Shown here: in pieces, positions 1 to 8,101 of the stretch | Layout: the number at the start of each line of letters is the position of its first letter | Position numbering within the stretch: the first letter of the stretch is position 1 | Virus record (IMG/VR): IMGVR_UViG_3300037467_000070 | Coordinates: 1 to 28,732 of that record | From: a virus | Lineage: Duplodnaviria > Caudoviricetes | Length of the DNA: 28,732 nucleotides | Reading direction: 5' to 3' (one strand) | Translations under genes and position numbers: made by a program | Notes under the pieces: model-generated | Seen by the model: only the letters and a program-made list of their open reading frames with translations | The model's database searches: none | Told to the model about the DNA's origin: nothing

Positions 1-1
1 T

Positions 2-160
2 AAGGAAGAAGAGATTGAAAAGTATAATCAGATGATGCGTAGACGTGAAGAAGCTATGAAGAAGGCTCTACAGCATGAACAGAGCTTCAATAACAAGCCA
101 GAAGACCTTATTGAGAAGCGTATGGGCAGTGACCTTTTTAAGGGAGGACAATGGAAATGA
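2..160 (+). CDS. 3' end of an upstream hypothetical protein (partial, runs off window)
   Basis: Frame 2 is open from the window edge (KEEEIEKYNQMMRRREEAMKKALQHEQSFNNKPEDLIEKRMGSDLFKGGQWK*). Its TGA at 158-160 overlaps the next ATG (ATGA). Confidence 0.7.
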   Translation, partial: KEEEIEKYNQMMRRREEAMKKALQHEQSFNNKPEDLIEKRMGSDLFKGGQWK

Positions 161-363
161 TAACTCCCTTTAAGTTTATCATAGCAAGTAAGCAAGAAGG
201 AGCTTTATGGGCAGATCATATAGTGAGGATCACTGCTGATTCCAGCAGAGATGCTGATGTAGAAAGGCTCAGGCAAGAAGGATACACTCAGTTCTTCTTT
301 GTACAGCAGTATGGGTATGAATTCACAGTAGCAGATGGAAAGATTGTAAGAGGGGACACATGA
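157..363 (+). CDS. small hypothetical protein (68 aa)
   Basis: ORF track gives 151..363. GGAGG at 143-147 is better spaced to ATG 157, which overlaps the upstream stop. Confidence 0.7.
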   Translation: MITPFKFIIASKQEGALWADHIVRITADSSRDADVERLRQEGYTQFFFVQQYGYEFTVADGKIVRGDT

Positions 364-497
364 TGGATGAACTCAGGATAAAGAGGGAACTGTCTAAGCA
401 AGAGATAGACGATTTTCGTCGTGCATGGGAAGAAGCTACTTGTGAGCATGTGGAGATTGAGGTACGAGTAATCACATCAGAGGGGGATACAAAATGA
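363..497 (+). CDS. small hypothetical protein (44 aa, not in ORF track)
   Basis: MDELRIKRELSKQEIDDFRRAWEEATCEHVEIEVRVITSEGDTK*. TGATG overlap with the upstream gene, ATGA overlap with the downstream gene, AGGGG RBS; fills the gap exactly. Confidence 0.7.
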   Translation: MDELRIKRELSKQEIDDFRRAWEEATCEHVEIEVRVITSEGDTK

Positions 498-709
498 GTT
501 ATACATTCTTAAAGTGGAACGAGAAATATGGCGGAGACGCTAAATTCGTTGTTAGAGATAACGATAGTGGTAAGCAGGCTATGTTCACTCCAGGTAGAAC
601 ACAAGACCTAGTGTGGACTAGGACGGATCTAGAGAACGCTCCAGAGATGAAACAGTGGTCAGATTTCGGAGACGAAACAGTAGACGACTTAGAACCAATT
701 GCATTCTAA
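494..709 (+). CDS. small acidic hypothetical protein (71 aa)
   Basis: RBS AGGGGG upstream; followed by a terminator. Confidence 0.75.
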   Translation: MSYTFLKWNEKYGGDAKFVVRDNDSGKQAMFTPGRTQDLVWTRTDLENAPEMKQWSDFGDETVDDLEPIAF

Positions 710-714
710 ATATG

Positions 715-749
715 ATAAGCCCCTACATTAGTAGGGGCTTATTTTTTTA
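715..749 (+). terminator. Rho-independent terminator
   Basis: ATAAGCCCCTAC-atta-GTAGGGGCTTAT hairpin followed by a T run. Confidence 0.85.
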
Positions 750-778
750 TTCAGTAGAGTTTGAACGGAGGTGTCTAT

Positions 779-2140
779 ATGGACTTGTATATTGACCTAG
801 AGAAAGCGGTGTTAAATAGGGGAAAGCTAGTTAGAAAGCCAGTTCAAGTACGTGGACAGAATGGTAAAGTATTCACTAGGATGCAGTGGGTTGATCCTAA
901 AAGTGGACAGCCAGTAATGGAAACTCATGGTGGAGTGCATGACCATGAGAAGAATAGGATAGAAAATCTATCACCAGGGGATAAAGGTAGGCTCGCATTT
1001 AGGTATCTAGATAGAGACCCAGACCGAGCTAGGGCATTCGTTAAACACACTGGTGGTGACCACACAGCACCTACAGAAGACCTAACAAATCACGTAGCAA
1101 GCAACTTGACAGACGTACCACTTGAACACCTCAAACCGCACATGGAGGGGTTAGGTCAGAACAAACCACCTAAGGTGGGGCTACAGCACACTGAACACGG
1201 TTTATCAGACAAAGAGGTTGATAAGAGAACAGGTAAAGAGGGTAGTCTTAACATAGAAGCATTGTCCAAAGGAACTATGCCGTATGATCACGATTGGCAC
1301 AGCAACACCTTTGAAATGTGGGGACAGGAAGGTAAGGATGAGTACCACCGAGTATTCGGTAACACCACGGTAGAAGGTCTAGAGAGTGTATTTAGCCACC
1401 CAGATGGTGATTTTGAAGCCATTATGCAGGATATAAATCTAGAGGAAGACCCTAAAACAGGGGAGAAGAATTGGCTGTTCAGGTTTAGCCTACATGATGC
1501 AGATAATGCCATAGAGTATAAAGCATTGACTGAAAACACCAACAGATATAGAATAGATGAGGATAAGTACAGTATGGGTCAAATATTCAGAACAGTCAAA
1601 ATGGATGACAATGGGGAGCTTCATGTAGACAATGAGGAATTCACCCTAAAAGAAGAGCATCATGGTAAGGGGCATGCAAATCACATATATGATAGATCTG
1701 AACAGTATTGGAGACATATCTCCAAAGGGTATCCAATTAATATAACATTAACCGCTAATATTAGCGTGGGTGTCTACGCTTGGGCTAAAAAGGGATTTGA
1801 CTTTAAGGACAAATCGGTATTGGAAAGGGCACAGAAGAACTTTACATGGTTCTGCAAGGATCAAGGTATCTCGGCACAGGAAGTAGCCAGAGAGAACGGG
1901 TTTGATAAGGTATCTGATATGAAGCATTCGTGGGACTTTGCAACTCTCAGATACAAGAAGGATAATTACGATTTGAAGTCTCTAGCACCAGACCAGTATA
2001 AGGATGAAGTACAGGGCACTGGGCATTTTGGTAAGGCTTTTATGATTGGTGGGATGCCTAACTGGAAGGGCGTTAAAAGGTTAAACGACAATAATATGAG
2101 CGAGCAGGTAGGTGATATAAATGTCAAGTACAGAAAATAA
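779..2140 (+). CDS. putative virion-packaged protein with shared N-terminal leader and C-terminal GNAT-like acetyltransferase domain
   Basis: Start moved to ATG 779 (GGAGGT at 767-772). FTLKEEHHGKGHANHIY resembles GNAT acetyl-CoA motif A (Q/RxxGxG/A); ITLTANISVGVYAWAKKGFDF resembles motif B ending in GF. N-terminus nearly identical to a segment of the next ORF. Confidence 0.6.
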   Translation: MDLYIDLEKAVLNRGKLVRKPVQVRGQNGKVFTRMQWVDPKSGQPVMETHGGVHDHEKNRIENLSPGDKGRLAFRYLDRDPDRARAFVKHTGGDHTAPTEDLTNHVASNLTDVPLEHLKPHMEGLGQNKPPKVGLQHTEHGLSDKEVDKRTGKEGSLNIEALSKGTMPYDHDWHSNTFEMWGQEGKDEYHRVFGNTTVEGLESVFSHPDGDFEAIMQDINLEEDPKTGEKNWLFRFSLHDADNAIEYKALTENTNRYRIDEDKYSMGQIFRTVKMDDNGELHVDNEEFTLKEEHHGKGHANHIYDRSEQYWRHISKGYPINITLTANISVGVYAWAKKGFDFKDKSVLERAQKNFTWFCKDQGISAQEVARENGFDKVSDMKHSWDFATLRYKKDNYDLKSLAPDQYKDEVQGTGHFGKAFMIGGMPNWKGVKRLNDNNMSEQVGDINVKYRK

Positions 2141-5100
2141 CAAGGATACTGAAAAGGAAGCTCCCCCTGTTGTTCTAAAGAGAACAGTAGAAAGTCCTAA
2201 GGAACCAGCCTCTAAAGAGGGTTTAAGCCCTAAAGGAGATTCATGGCTACACCCTGAGATATTTGATGAACAATATGAGAAATCAACTGGCAGGGCTATC
2301 AAAGCACTCAGGGACTTAGGGAAGAGTCTATTCTATATTGACATTGAGAAGGCTGGTATGCGTCAGCTACACAAAGAGAAGTTGATTAGGAGACCTGTAC
2401 AGGTACGTGGAAAGAATGGTCGGGTGTTCACCCGTATGCAGTGGGTAGACCCGAAAACGGGTATGCCTGTTGGAGAGAAACCACATAAACAGGAAGAGTG
2501 GAAACCGCAATCCCATCCCCTGTATATGGAATCTACTAAGCCTACATCAGATAAAGACCCTAAAGATATGAATAGGGAAGAATATATTGATCACCATGTT
2601 CGTAAGGTTCTAAGCAGAGAACAACAATATGACATGATCAATAAGCATGGTATACAGTGGAAGAGGAATGAACATCCAGCTATTGACCATAAGAATGCTG
2701 TGATGGCTCTAAAAGACCACCTAAATAAAAACCCACATCTCATAGGGGCAGCAGATAGACCAACAGAAGCTGAGGCAAAGGAAAAGTCTCCTACTGGCAC
2801 GGATAGCCCTAATGAATTCTGGAATATGTGGGAGAAAGATAAATCTGGTTCATATGATCTAATGCGCAGACTAGGGATAATCCCTGAGGATGAGCAAGAC
2901 CCACGTGAAGGTGTAGATGAGAACGACAAGACTAAGAAACAGCTAGCTGGCATGAAACATATGCGTAATGTAATGCTGTTGAAGAAGTACTTGAAGGACA
3001 ACCCACAGATAATGAAAGACCCTAAATATCTGCCAAACAATAATGCTGGTAAGCAAATGACTAAGATGGCAGAGAAGGAATCCAAGGGCATACAGCCAAC
3101 TGTAGCTGAAAAAGGTGGCAACGACATTAATGGTATCTTAAATAAGATGTCCGATGAGCGTATGTATGATCTTATGAAACAGCTAGGAATCGCTGATTCT
3201 GACCCTAGGTTAGACCCTCAGAAGTCTCCACAAATTGGGGCATTGGCTCATTATCGCAATAAGATCAAACTAAAGGAACAGATAGAGAAAAACCCTCAAA
3301 TATTGCGTGAAGATGAAAAGGGTAATCTGTCCCCTGAAGAGAAAGAGCGTATTGCGAGCCTACCTGATAAAGACCGTGAGAAAGAGCGTATCCACAACTT
3401 TGTTCGCGATATGACCCCTGATGACGTACAGGATGCCATGTGGTTTCTAGAAGATAACTATGCAGATGATGTTGAGGATTATGGAAAAGATAAACTTGAT
3501 AACAAGCATCCACAAATTAGCAATATGCATAGGAGATCATTCCTAAAGCAGATGTTCCAGAAACACCCAGAGCTTATGGATGAATACAAGGGTGGTGTAG
3601 AGAATACACGCCTTATGAATATGAAGATTGGTAACAAAACTATGAGGGCGCTATTAACTTCATTAGGTGGTATGAAGGCCATAGGTGATGTATACAGACC
3701 TGATGAGGAAGATGGGGATAGAAAGACAGAGTGGCTATTCCATGGTGGTGACTCTTCAGCTAAATTCGAGATTAACCCAGATGGTGTACCAGTGCTTAGC
3801 GTTATTGACTCTGGTGACCCAGAGGTATGGAATGAATTTGAGATACCGTTAAAACAGATAAAGGACTGGTTAGATAAGCGTAAACAGGGTAAGCAATCGG
3901 GTGCCAGTGGGCACGAATTGCGTATGCAAGAGAAACCTCTATATAAGAGACCAGTAGACCAAATTGAGCAAGCCCTAGAGGATAACTTCGATGCAAACTA
4001 CAGCGAAGAAGTAGGAGAAGTTATGAAGAAGCAATTGGCTAAGGCTTGGAAGGCATCAGGCAAGGGTACAACAGTTGGTGCTCTAACCAATAAGATGAAC
4101 AGGATGACCGTTGGTACAGCTAAGAAATTACTTAGTAAATGGGGCATCAAGACCACTGATGGTGCAATGTCAACATTCAATGCTAGGGATGATAGCTGGA
4201 AGAAAATAGCATATGCAGATGATATTGAAACTGTTAAAGGTAAGAATGCTTGGGATTATATGAACAAAGGCGATTATAAAGTGGGGGAAACTACTATTAA
4301 AGACCCCTTTGTATTGATAGAGTCAGCTAAACACTGGCCAGAAGAGGATAGGCAGAAGGCTAGGGGAGAGCTATTATCTAGATCTGTCGATGTACCAAAG
4401 AGTATGCACCATGAAGACCATGCTCAGCGTATGAAGAAGCTAAATGATCACTTCAGAATAGGTACTAGCCATATACCATTTGATATGTTCTCTCACCTAC
4501 ATGCTAAAGGTCTTAAGATGAAGATTACAGATAAGCGTGGGGCTGGAGAGCCTAAGACAGGTAACTTCTTTAACCCTAATGACAATAGTATCACATTCTC
4601 AGCAGCATATTATCATGATAAGTCTATATTTGCAGACCATCCTATTAAACATAAACCTGAGCCTACCATTGTTACAATGGGTGGTAGGCAGTTCAGAGTA
4701 AAGCACTGGGATTTCCAAGATAATATAGCACATGAGACTGCCCATGCGATAGACTCGATGTTAAGTAACAACGCTAGAGGTGTAAACTGGGACAACAAGG
4801 AAATGGTAGACAAACTGATTCCTAAAGAGCACCGCAACCTGATACCAGACTCATATAAGTCCAAGGTCGAGCAGTCTAACCCCGACTATCAGATCGCTAT
4901 GGGTGGTATAGGTGCTGGACAGGCATATCCATATGTGAGAGATCAGTGGTTTACAACCTATGAGGGTAGATTGTACGGTAGAGAATATGAGAAGGGTGAC
5001 CCAGACTATGTTAAAGTAGAGGGTGGAAAGCTCTACGATAAGAAGCCTTTAAATCCTGATGGCACTGGTCTACATGGCAGTGAACACTGGACTGAGAGTG

Positions 5101-5423
5101 TGAGTGCTTGGGCAAATGCTAAACATGCATATGAACAGTATAAGAAAACCATGAAAGATAAAGGTGGAGACAAGTACGGTTCTATAGATAAGTGGGCAGA
5201 AGGGATGTCCAATTTATATAGAAGCATGAATTATGGTGCAGACTGGGAGAAAGAACAGTCTGGAGAGGGTAATGATATGAGTGGTTGGAACACTGCTAAA
5301 GGTGACAATCCTATCCAATTCGCTGGATGGAAATATGATTATCTTAAGAAACATAGCCCAAGGATGCATGAAGGGTTAGAAGCTATATTCGGTAGGGGTG
5401 ACTTTAGAAATGACGATGAGTAA
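2121..5423 (+). CDS. 1100-aa multidomain protein: shared leader, four helical repeats, C-terminal zincin (HExxH) metallopeptidase
   Basis: NIAHETAHAID (HETAH at 4731-4745), upstream GNFFNPNDNSITF strand, downstream EHWTESV (5082-5096, candidate third ligand) and LKKHSPRMHE. This pattern resembles anthrax-lethal-factor-like/MPTase zincins. Confidence 0.65.
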   Translation: MSSTENNKDTEKEAPPVVLKRTVESPKEPASKEGLSPKGDSWLHPEIFDEQYEKSTGRAIKALRDLGKSLFYIDIEKAGMRQLHKEKLIRRPVQVRGKNGRVFTRMQWVDPKTGMPVGEKPHKQEEWKPQSHPLYMESTKPTSDKDPKDMNREEYIDHHVRKVLSREQQYDMINKHGIQWKRNEHPAIDHKNAVMALKDHLNKNPHLIGAADRPTEAEAKEKSPTGTDSPNEFWNMWEKDKSGSYDLMRRLGIIPEDEQDPREGVDENDKTKKQLAGMKHMRNVMLLKKYLKDNPQIMKDPKYLPNNNAGKQMTKMAEKESKGIQPTVAEKGGNDINGILNKMSDERMYDLMKQLGIADSDPRLDPQKSPQIGALAHYRNKIKLKEQIEKNPQILREDEKGNLSPEEKERIASLPDKDREKERIHNFVRDMTPDDVQDAMWFLEDNYADDVEDYGKDKLDNKHPQISNMHRRSFLKQMFQKHPELMDEYKGGVENTRLMNMKIGNKTMRALLTSLGGMKAIGDVYRPDEEDGDRKTEWLFHGGDSSAKFEINPDGVPVLSVIDSGDPEVWNEFEIPLKQIKDWLDKRKQGKQSGASGHELRMQEKPLYKRPVDQIEQALEDNFDANYSEEVGEVMKKQLAKAWKASGKGTTVGALTNKMNRMTVGTAKKLLSKWGIKTTDGAMSTFNARDDSWKKIAYADDIETVKGKNAWDYMNKGDYKVGETTIKDPFVLIESAKHWPEEDRQKARGELLSRSVDVPKSMHHEDHAQRMKKLNDHFRIGTSHIPFDMFSHLHAKGLKMKITDKRGAGEPKTGNFFNPNDNSITFSAAYYHDKSIFADHPIKHKPEPTIVTMGGRQFRVKHWDFQDNIAHETAHAIDSMLSNNARGVNWDNKEMVDKLIPKEHRNLIPDSYKSKVEQSNPDYQIAMGGIGAGQAYPYVRDQWFTTYEGRLYGREYEKGDPDYVKVEGGKLYDKKPLNPDGTGLHGSEHWTESVSAWANAKHAYEQYKKTMKDKGGDKYGSIDKWAEGMSNLYRSMNYGADWEKEQSGEGNDMSGWNTAKGDNPIQFAGWKYDYLKKHSPRMHEGLEAIFGRGDFRNDDE
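2560..3580 (+). repeat. four degenerate protein repeats (~45-55 aa core, ~75-105 aa spacing)
   Basis: YDMINKHGI..HKNAVMALKDHLNKNPHLI; YDLMRRLGI..HMRNVMLLKKYLKDNPQIM; YDLMKQLGI..HYRNKIKLKEQIEKNPQIL; QDAMWFL..MHRRSFLKQMFQKHPELM. Confidence 0.7.
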
Positions 5424-7050
5424 GGAAGCATTACAACAGATAATGATAAACAAGATGCCTGCTCTATATGCCCTTAAACATCGGTATATCAAGGGTAAGC
5501 CAATGACGTTCTATAGTGAGAAGAACCCCATCAAGCACAGACCTTGGCAGATCGATATATTGAATGACCAGCATCCAGATAAGGTTGTACGTAAATCACG
5601 TCAGTTAGGACTATCGGAGATGGCTATTACAGAGTTCCTGTGGTTTCTAGATACCCATCCTAACACTAAGTCCATGTATACGTTCCCACGTAAAGAGCAG
5701 ATGGAGGACTTTAGTAATACGCGTATCACACCAATATTCACGGAATCTCAATACCTATCTGGTAGACTAGATCCTAAAATGAATAACGTACGTCTGAAGA
5801 AGCTCACCAATGGCTCAGTGCTATTCCTACGCTCTGCGTGGGGTAGCGCACTTGGTGAGGGTGCCGATATTGACATGTTAGGACTAGATGAATACGACCG
5901 TATGAAAGATGGAGTTGAATTAGCATTCCGTGAATCAATGAAGTCATCCGCATATGGGCTAATGCGTAGATGGAGTACCCCAACAATACCTGGACGTGGG
6001 GTGGACTTACTATTCGGCAAGAGTGACCAGAGATACTACCATCATAAATGTGACAAGTGTAACGAATGGCAAGTGCTTACGGTTGAGGACAACATACTGC
6101 AAATTAAGGCTGATGGAGTTGACATCATTAACGAGCAGATACAAGATGGCTCATTTATGTTTGTTTGTAGTAAATGTAAACAAGAATTGAACAGATGGTA
6201 TAAAGGTGAATATGTCGCTAAGAAGCCTAGTATTCACGAGATTCGTGGTTACCATATTAGCCAGTTGGATGCTGTATGGATCAGTGCAGATGAGATAATG
6301 CGTAACCAATTCCAATATAAGGTTAAGCAATTATTCTACAACTATGTAATTGGAATTCCCTATGCCTCAGAGGGTCTGATTATCACAGACCAAGATGTAT
6401 TATCTTGTGTAGGATTCCAAGAACCAATTGGCTACAGGGACTACAGCATGTATAAAAAGGTGGTAGCAGGAGTAGACTGGGGATACTTTAACTGGATGGT
6501 AGTACTAGGATTGACAGATGATGACCAGATACATTTATTAGATTTGCACTGGCATGAAGATAATCCTAATAAGCCATTAGAGTGTGTTAATGTATTTACA
6601 GCACTATTAAAGCCTTTTGACCCAGATGTTATTGTAGCGGATAATGGGTTCGGTGCAGACCGGAATAGTTACTTGATTCAGCAGTTTCCTGGTAGGGTAT
6701 TTGCATGTGACTGGGACACCCCTAAGTCAAGTATACCTTTAGTGGATTCATGGAATGAGAAAGGTCAGCGTGTACGTGTAGACAAGACAGTCAAAATGAA
6801 ACGTACCCTGTATAATATCAAGGCTAGGGCATTAAAGACCTTCGCACGTAACGAGAAATTAGATATGTTGACTAAGCATTTGAAGAATGTGCGTACCCTT
6901 ATGGAGGAAGAAGAGGGAGAAATCTATGAGAAGGTAACACGTATAGGTGATGATCACTTGGCTTGTTCATTGACCTATGCATATATTGCACTAGACCGCT
7001 TCTTAGGTTTAGATAAGCCTAGTACAAATCTAGAATATGAATTCCTGTAA
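5410..7050 (+). CDS. terL: terminase large subunit
   Basis: Walker A VRKSRQLGLSE, Walker B LGLDEYD, coupling motif STPT, two CxxC pairs, RNase H-like nuclease GVDWG..ADNG..GDDH. Start chosen at ATG 5410 (GGGGTG RBS). Confidence 0.95.
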   Translation: MTMSKEALQQIMINKMPALYALKHRYIKGKPMTFYSEKNPIKHRPWQIDILNDQHPDKVVRKSRQLGLSEMAITEFLWFLDTHPNTKSMYTFPRKEQMEDFSNTRITPIFTESQYLSGRLDPKMNNVRLKKLTNGSVLFLRSAWGSALGEGADIDMLGLDEYDRMKDGVELAFRESMKSSAYGLMRRWSTPTIPGRGVDLLFGKSDQRYYHHKCDKCNEWQVLTVEDNILQIKADGVDIINEQIQDGSFMFVCSKCKQELNRWYKGEYVAKKPSIHEIRGYHISQLDAVWISADEIMRNQFQYKVKQLFYNYVIGIPYASEGLIITDQDVLSCVGFQEPIGYRDYSMYKKVVAGVDWGYFNWMVVLGLTDDDQIHLLDLHWHEDNPNKPLECVNVFTALLKPFDPDVIVADNGFGADRNSYLIQQFPGRVFACDWDTPKSSIPLVDSWNEKGQRVRVDKTVKMKRTLYNIKARALKTFARNEKLDMLTKHLKNVRTLMEEEEGEIYEKVTRIGDDHLACSLTYAYIALDRFLGLDKPSTNLEYEFL

Positions 7051-7061
7051 GGAGGGATATC

Positions 7062-7454
7062 ATGAAAGTTGTATTTGAGCATAATGGTAAAGAGGGTATG
7101 CTTCAATATGATGAGCATGGACACCAAGTTATGGTGTCCCACCCTGATAAAAAGGTTAGGGACGTAGTAAGGGTGTATCTAAATAAAGAACGTGACTTTG
7201 TAATGAGTGGTGAAAACCCAGGGGGTATAGTAGGAAATAGAACGTTAGTAAGTGGGAGAGCCTTGGATGACCCTCACCTATTTGGAATGGCTATGTCAGA
7301 GATGAGGGCACATACGGGCATTTCAGTAAAGTGGGATGACCCTAGAAACAGAGAATCCATGTCTGTTCGTAACTCCAACATAGGAAGTGTTAGAGCCGAT
7401 AAGCCAATCGTTAAATCACTAGATGGTGATACAGATTATGAAATTATAAATTAG
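7062..7454 (+). CDS. hypothetical protein (130 aa)
   Basis: RBS AAGGAGG; lies between terL and portal. Confidence 0.8.
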   Translation: MKVVFEHNGKEGMLQYDEHGHQVMVSHPDKKVRDVVRVYLNKERDFVMSGENPGGIVGNRTLVSGRALDDPHLFGMAMSEMRAHTGISVKWDDPRNRESMSVRNSNIGSVRADKPIVKSLDGDTDYEIIN

Positions 7455-7465
7455 GGGGTGTAGAT

Positions 7466-8023
7466 ATGGACGAGGATTTGTTGCTAATATTGTCATCTAA
7501 GCTGTATGACATACAAAAGGGTAAGGGTAACCGTGACGGTTTGATACAGCAGATTGTAACTTATGTACGGGATGGACGGACTGTTACTCGTAAGCAGTGG
7601 GTGCGTAGTGAATTCGCAGACCATGCTAAGAAGAACGAGGAAGAGAAAAAACGTACTATGTTAGATGAGAAGGCAAAAGAGGATAAAGCACATAGAGAGA
7701 AAGTAGCCAAAGAGAATGAGAAAAAGGCTAATCAAGATAAGCGTGCTAAGAAGAAGCAAGAGAAGGAAGAAGATAAAGAGCTGGGTCATAAGGGTAGGGT
7801 TCACCATGCTGACACTGATCAGTATAAGGAAAAGCTCAAGAAGATAGCAAAAGAGAATAAAAAGGATGATAAGAAAAAGAAAGATCAGGCTCAGGGTAAG
7901 GAAGATACAAAAGAGAAAAAGGATAAGAAAGACACACGTGGCAGATACGGTCAAGCTGACCAGACTAAGGCTGATAATAAGGCACAGGATAATATGATTA
8001 GAACTGACCCAGGTAAGAAGTAG
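7466..8023 (+). CDS. Lys/Glu/Asp-rich protein with divergent copy of the shared leader; possible internal head protein
   Basis: LYDIQKG..NRDGLIQQIVTYVRDGRTVTRKQWV followed by about 130 aa of highly charged low-complexity sequence; RBS GGGGGTG. Confidence 0.7.
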   Translation: MDEDLLLILSSKLYDIQKGKGNRDGLIQQIVTYVRDGRTVTRKQWVRSEFADHAKKNEEEKKRTMLDEKAKEDKAHREKVAKENEKKANQDKRAKKKQEKEEDKELGHKGRVHHADTDQYKEKLKKIAKENKKDDKKKKDQAQGKEDTKEKKDKKDTRGRYGQADQTKADNKAQDNMIRTDPGKK

Positions 8024-8048
8024 CATACACATATGTGTATGCTATTTT
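8021..8048 (+). terminator. perfect 24-bp palindrome plus T4; likely terminator or operator
   Basis: TAGCATACACAT|ATGTGTATGCTA (8021-8044) followed by TTTT. Confidence 0.6.
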
Positions 8049-8101
8049 CATTGACGAAGCGATATTTTGTCAGAGAAGGTTAGATAGAAGGAGGTGTCAC
8101 T

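Noticed and set aside
7062-8023. Calling one of these ORFs the small terminase subunit
   Set aside because: No HTH or TerS-like motif is recognisable; there is no support from sequence.
7661-8032. Minus-strand 123-aa very hydrophobic ORF resembling a membrane protein
   Set aside because: It is the antisense shadow of the Lys/Glu-rich + strand gene (AAG/GAA codons read as Leu/Phe); no independent support.
8051-8085. TTGACG as a sigma-A -35 box before the portal gene
   Set aside because: No acceptable -10 hexamer at 16-18 bp spacing.
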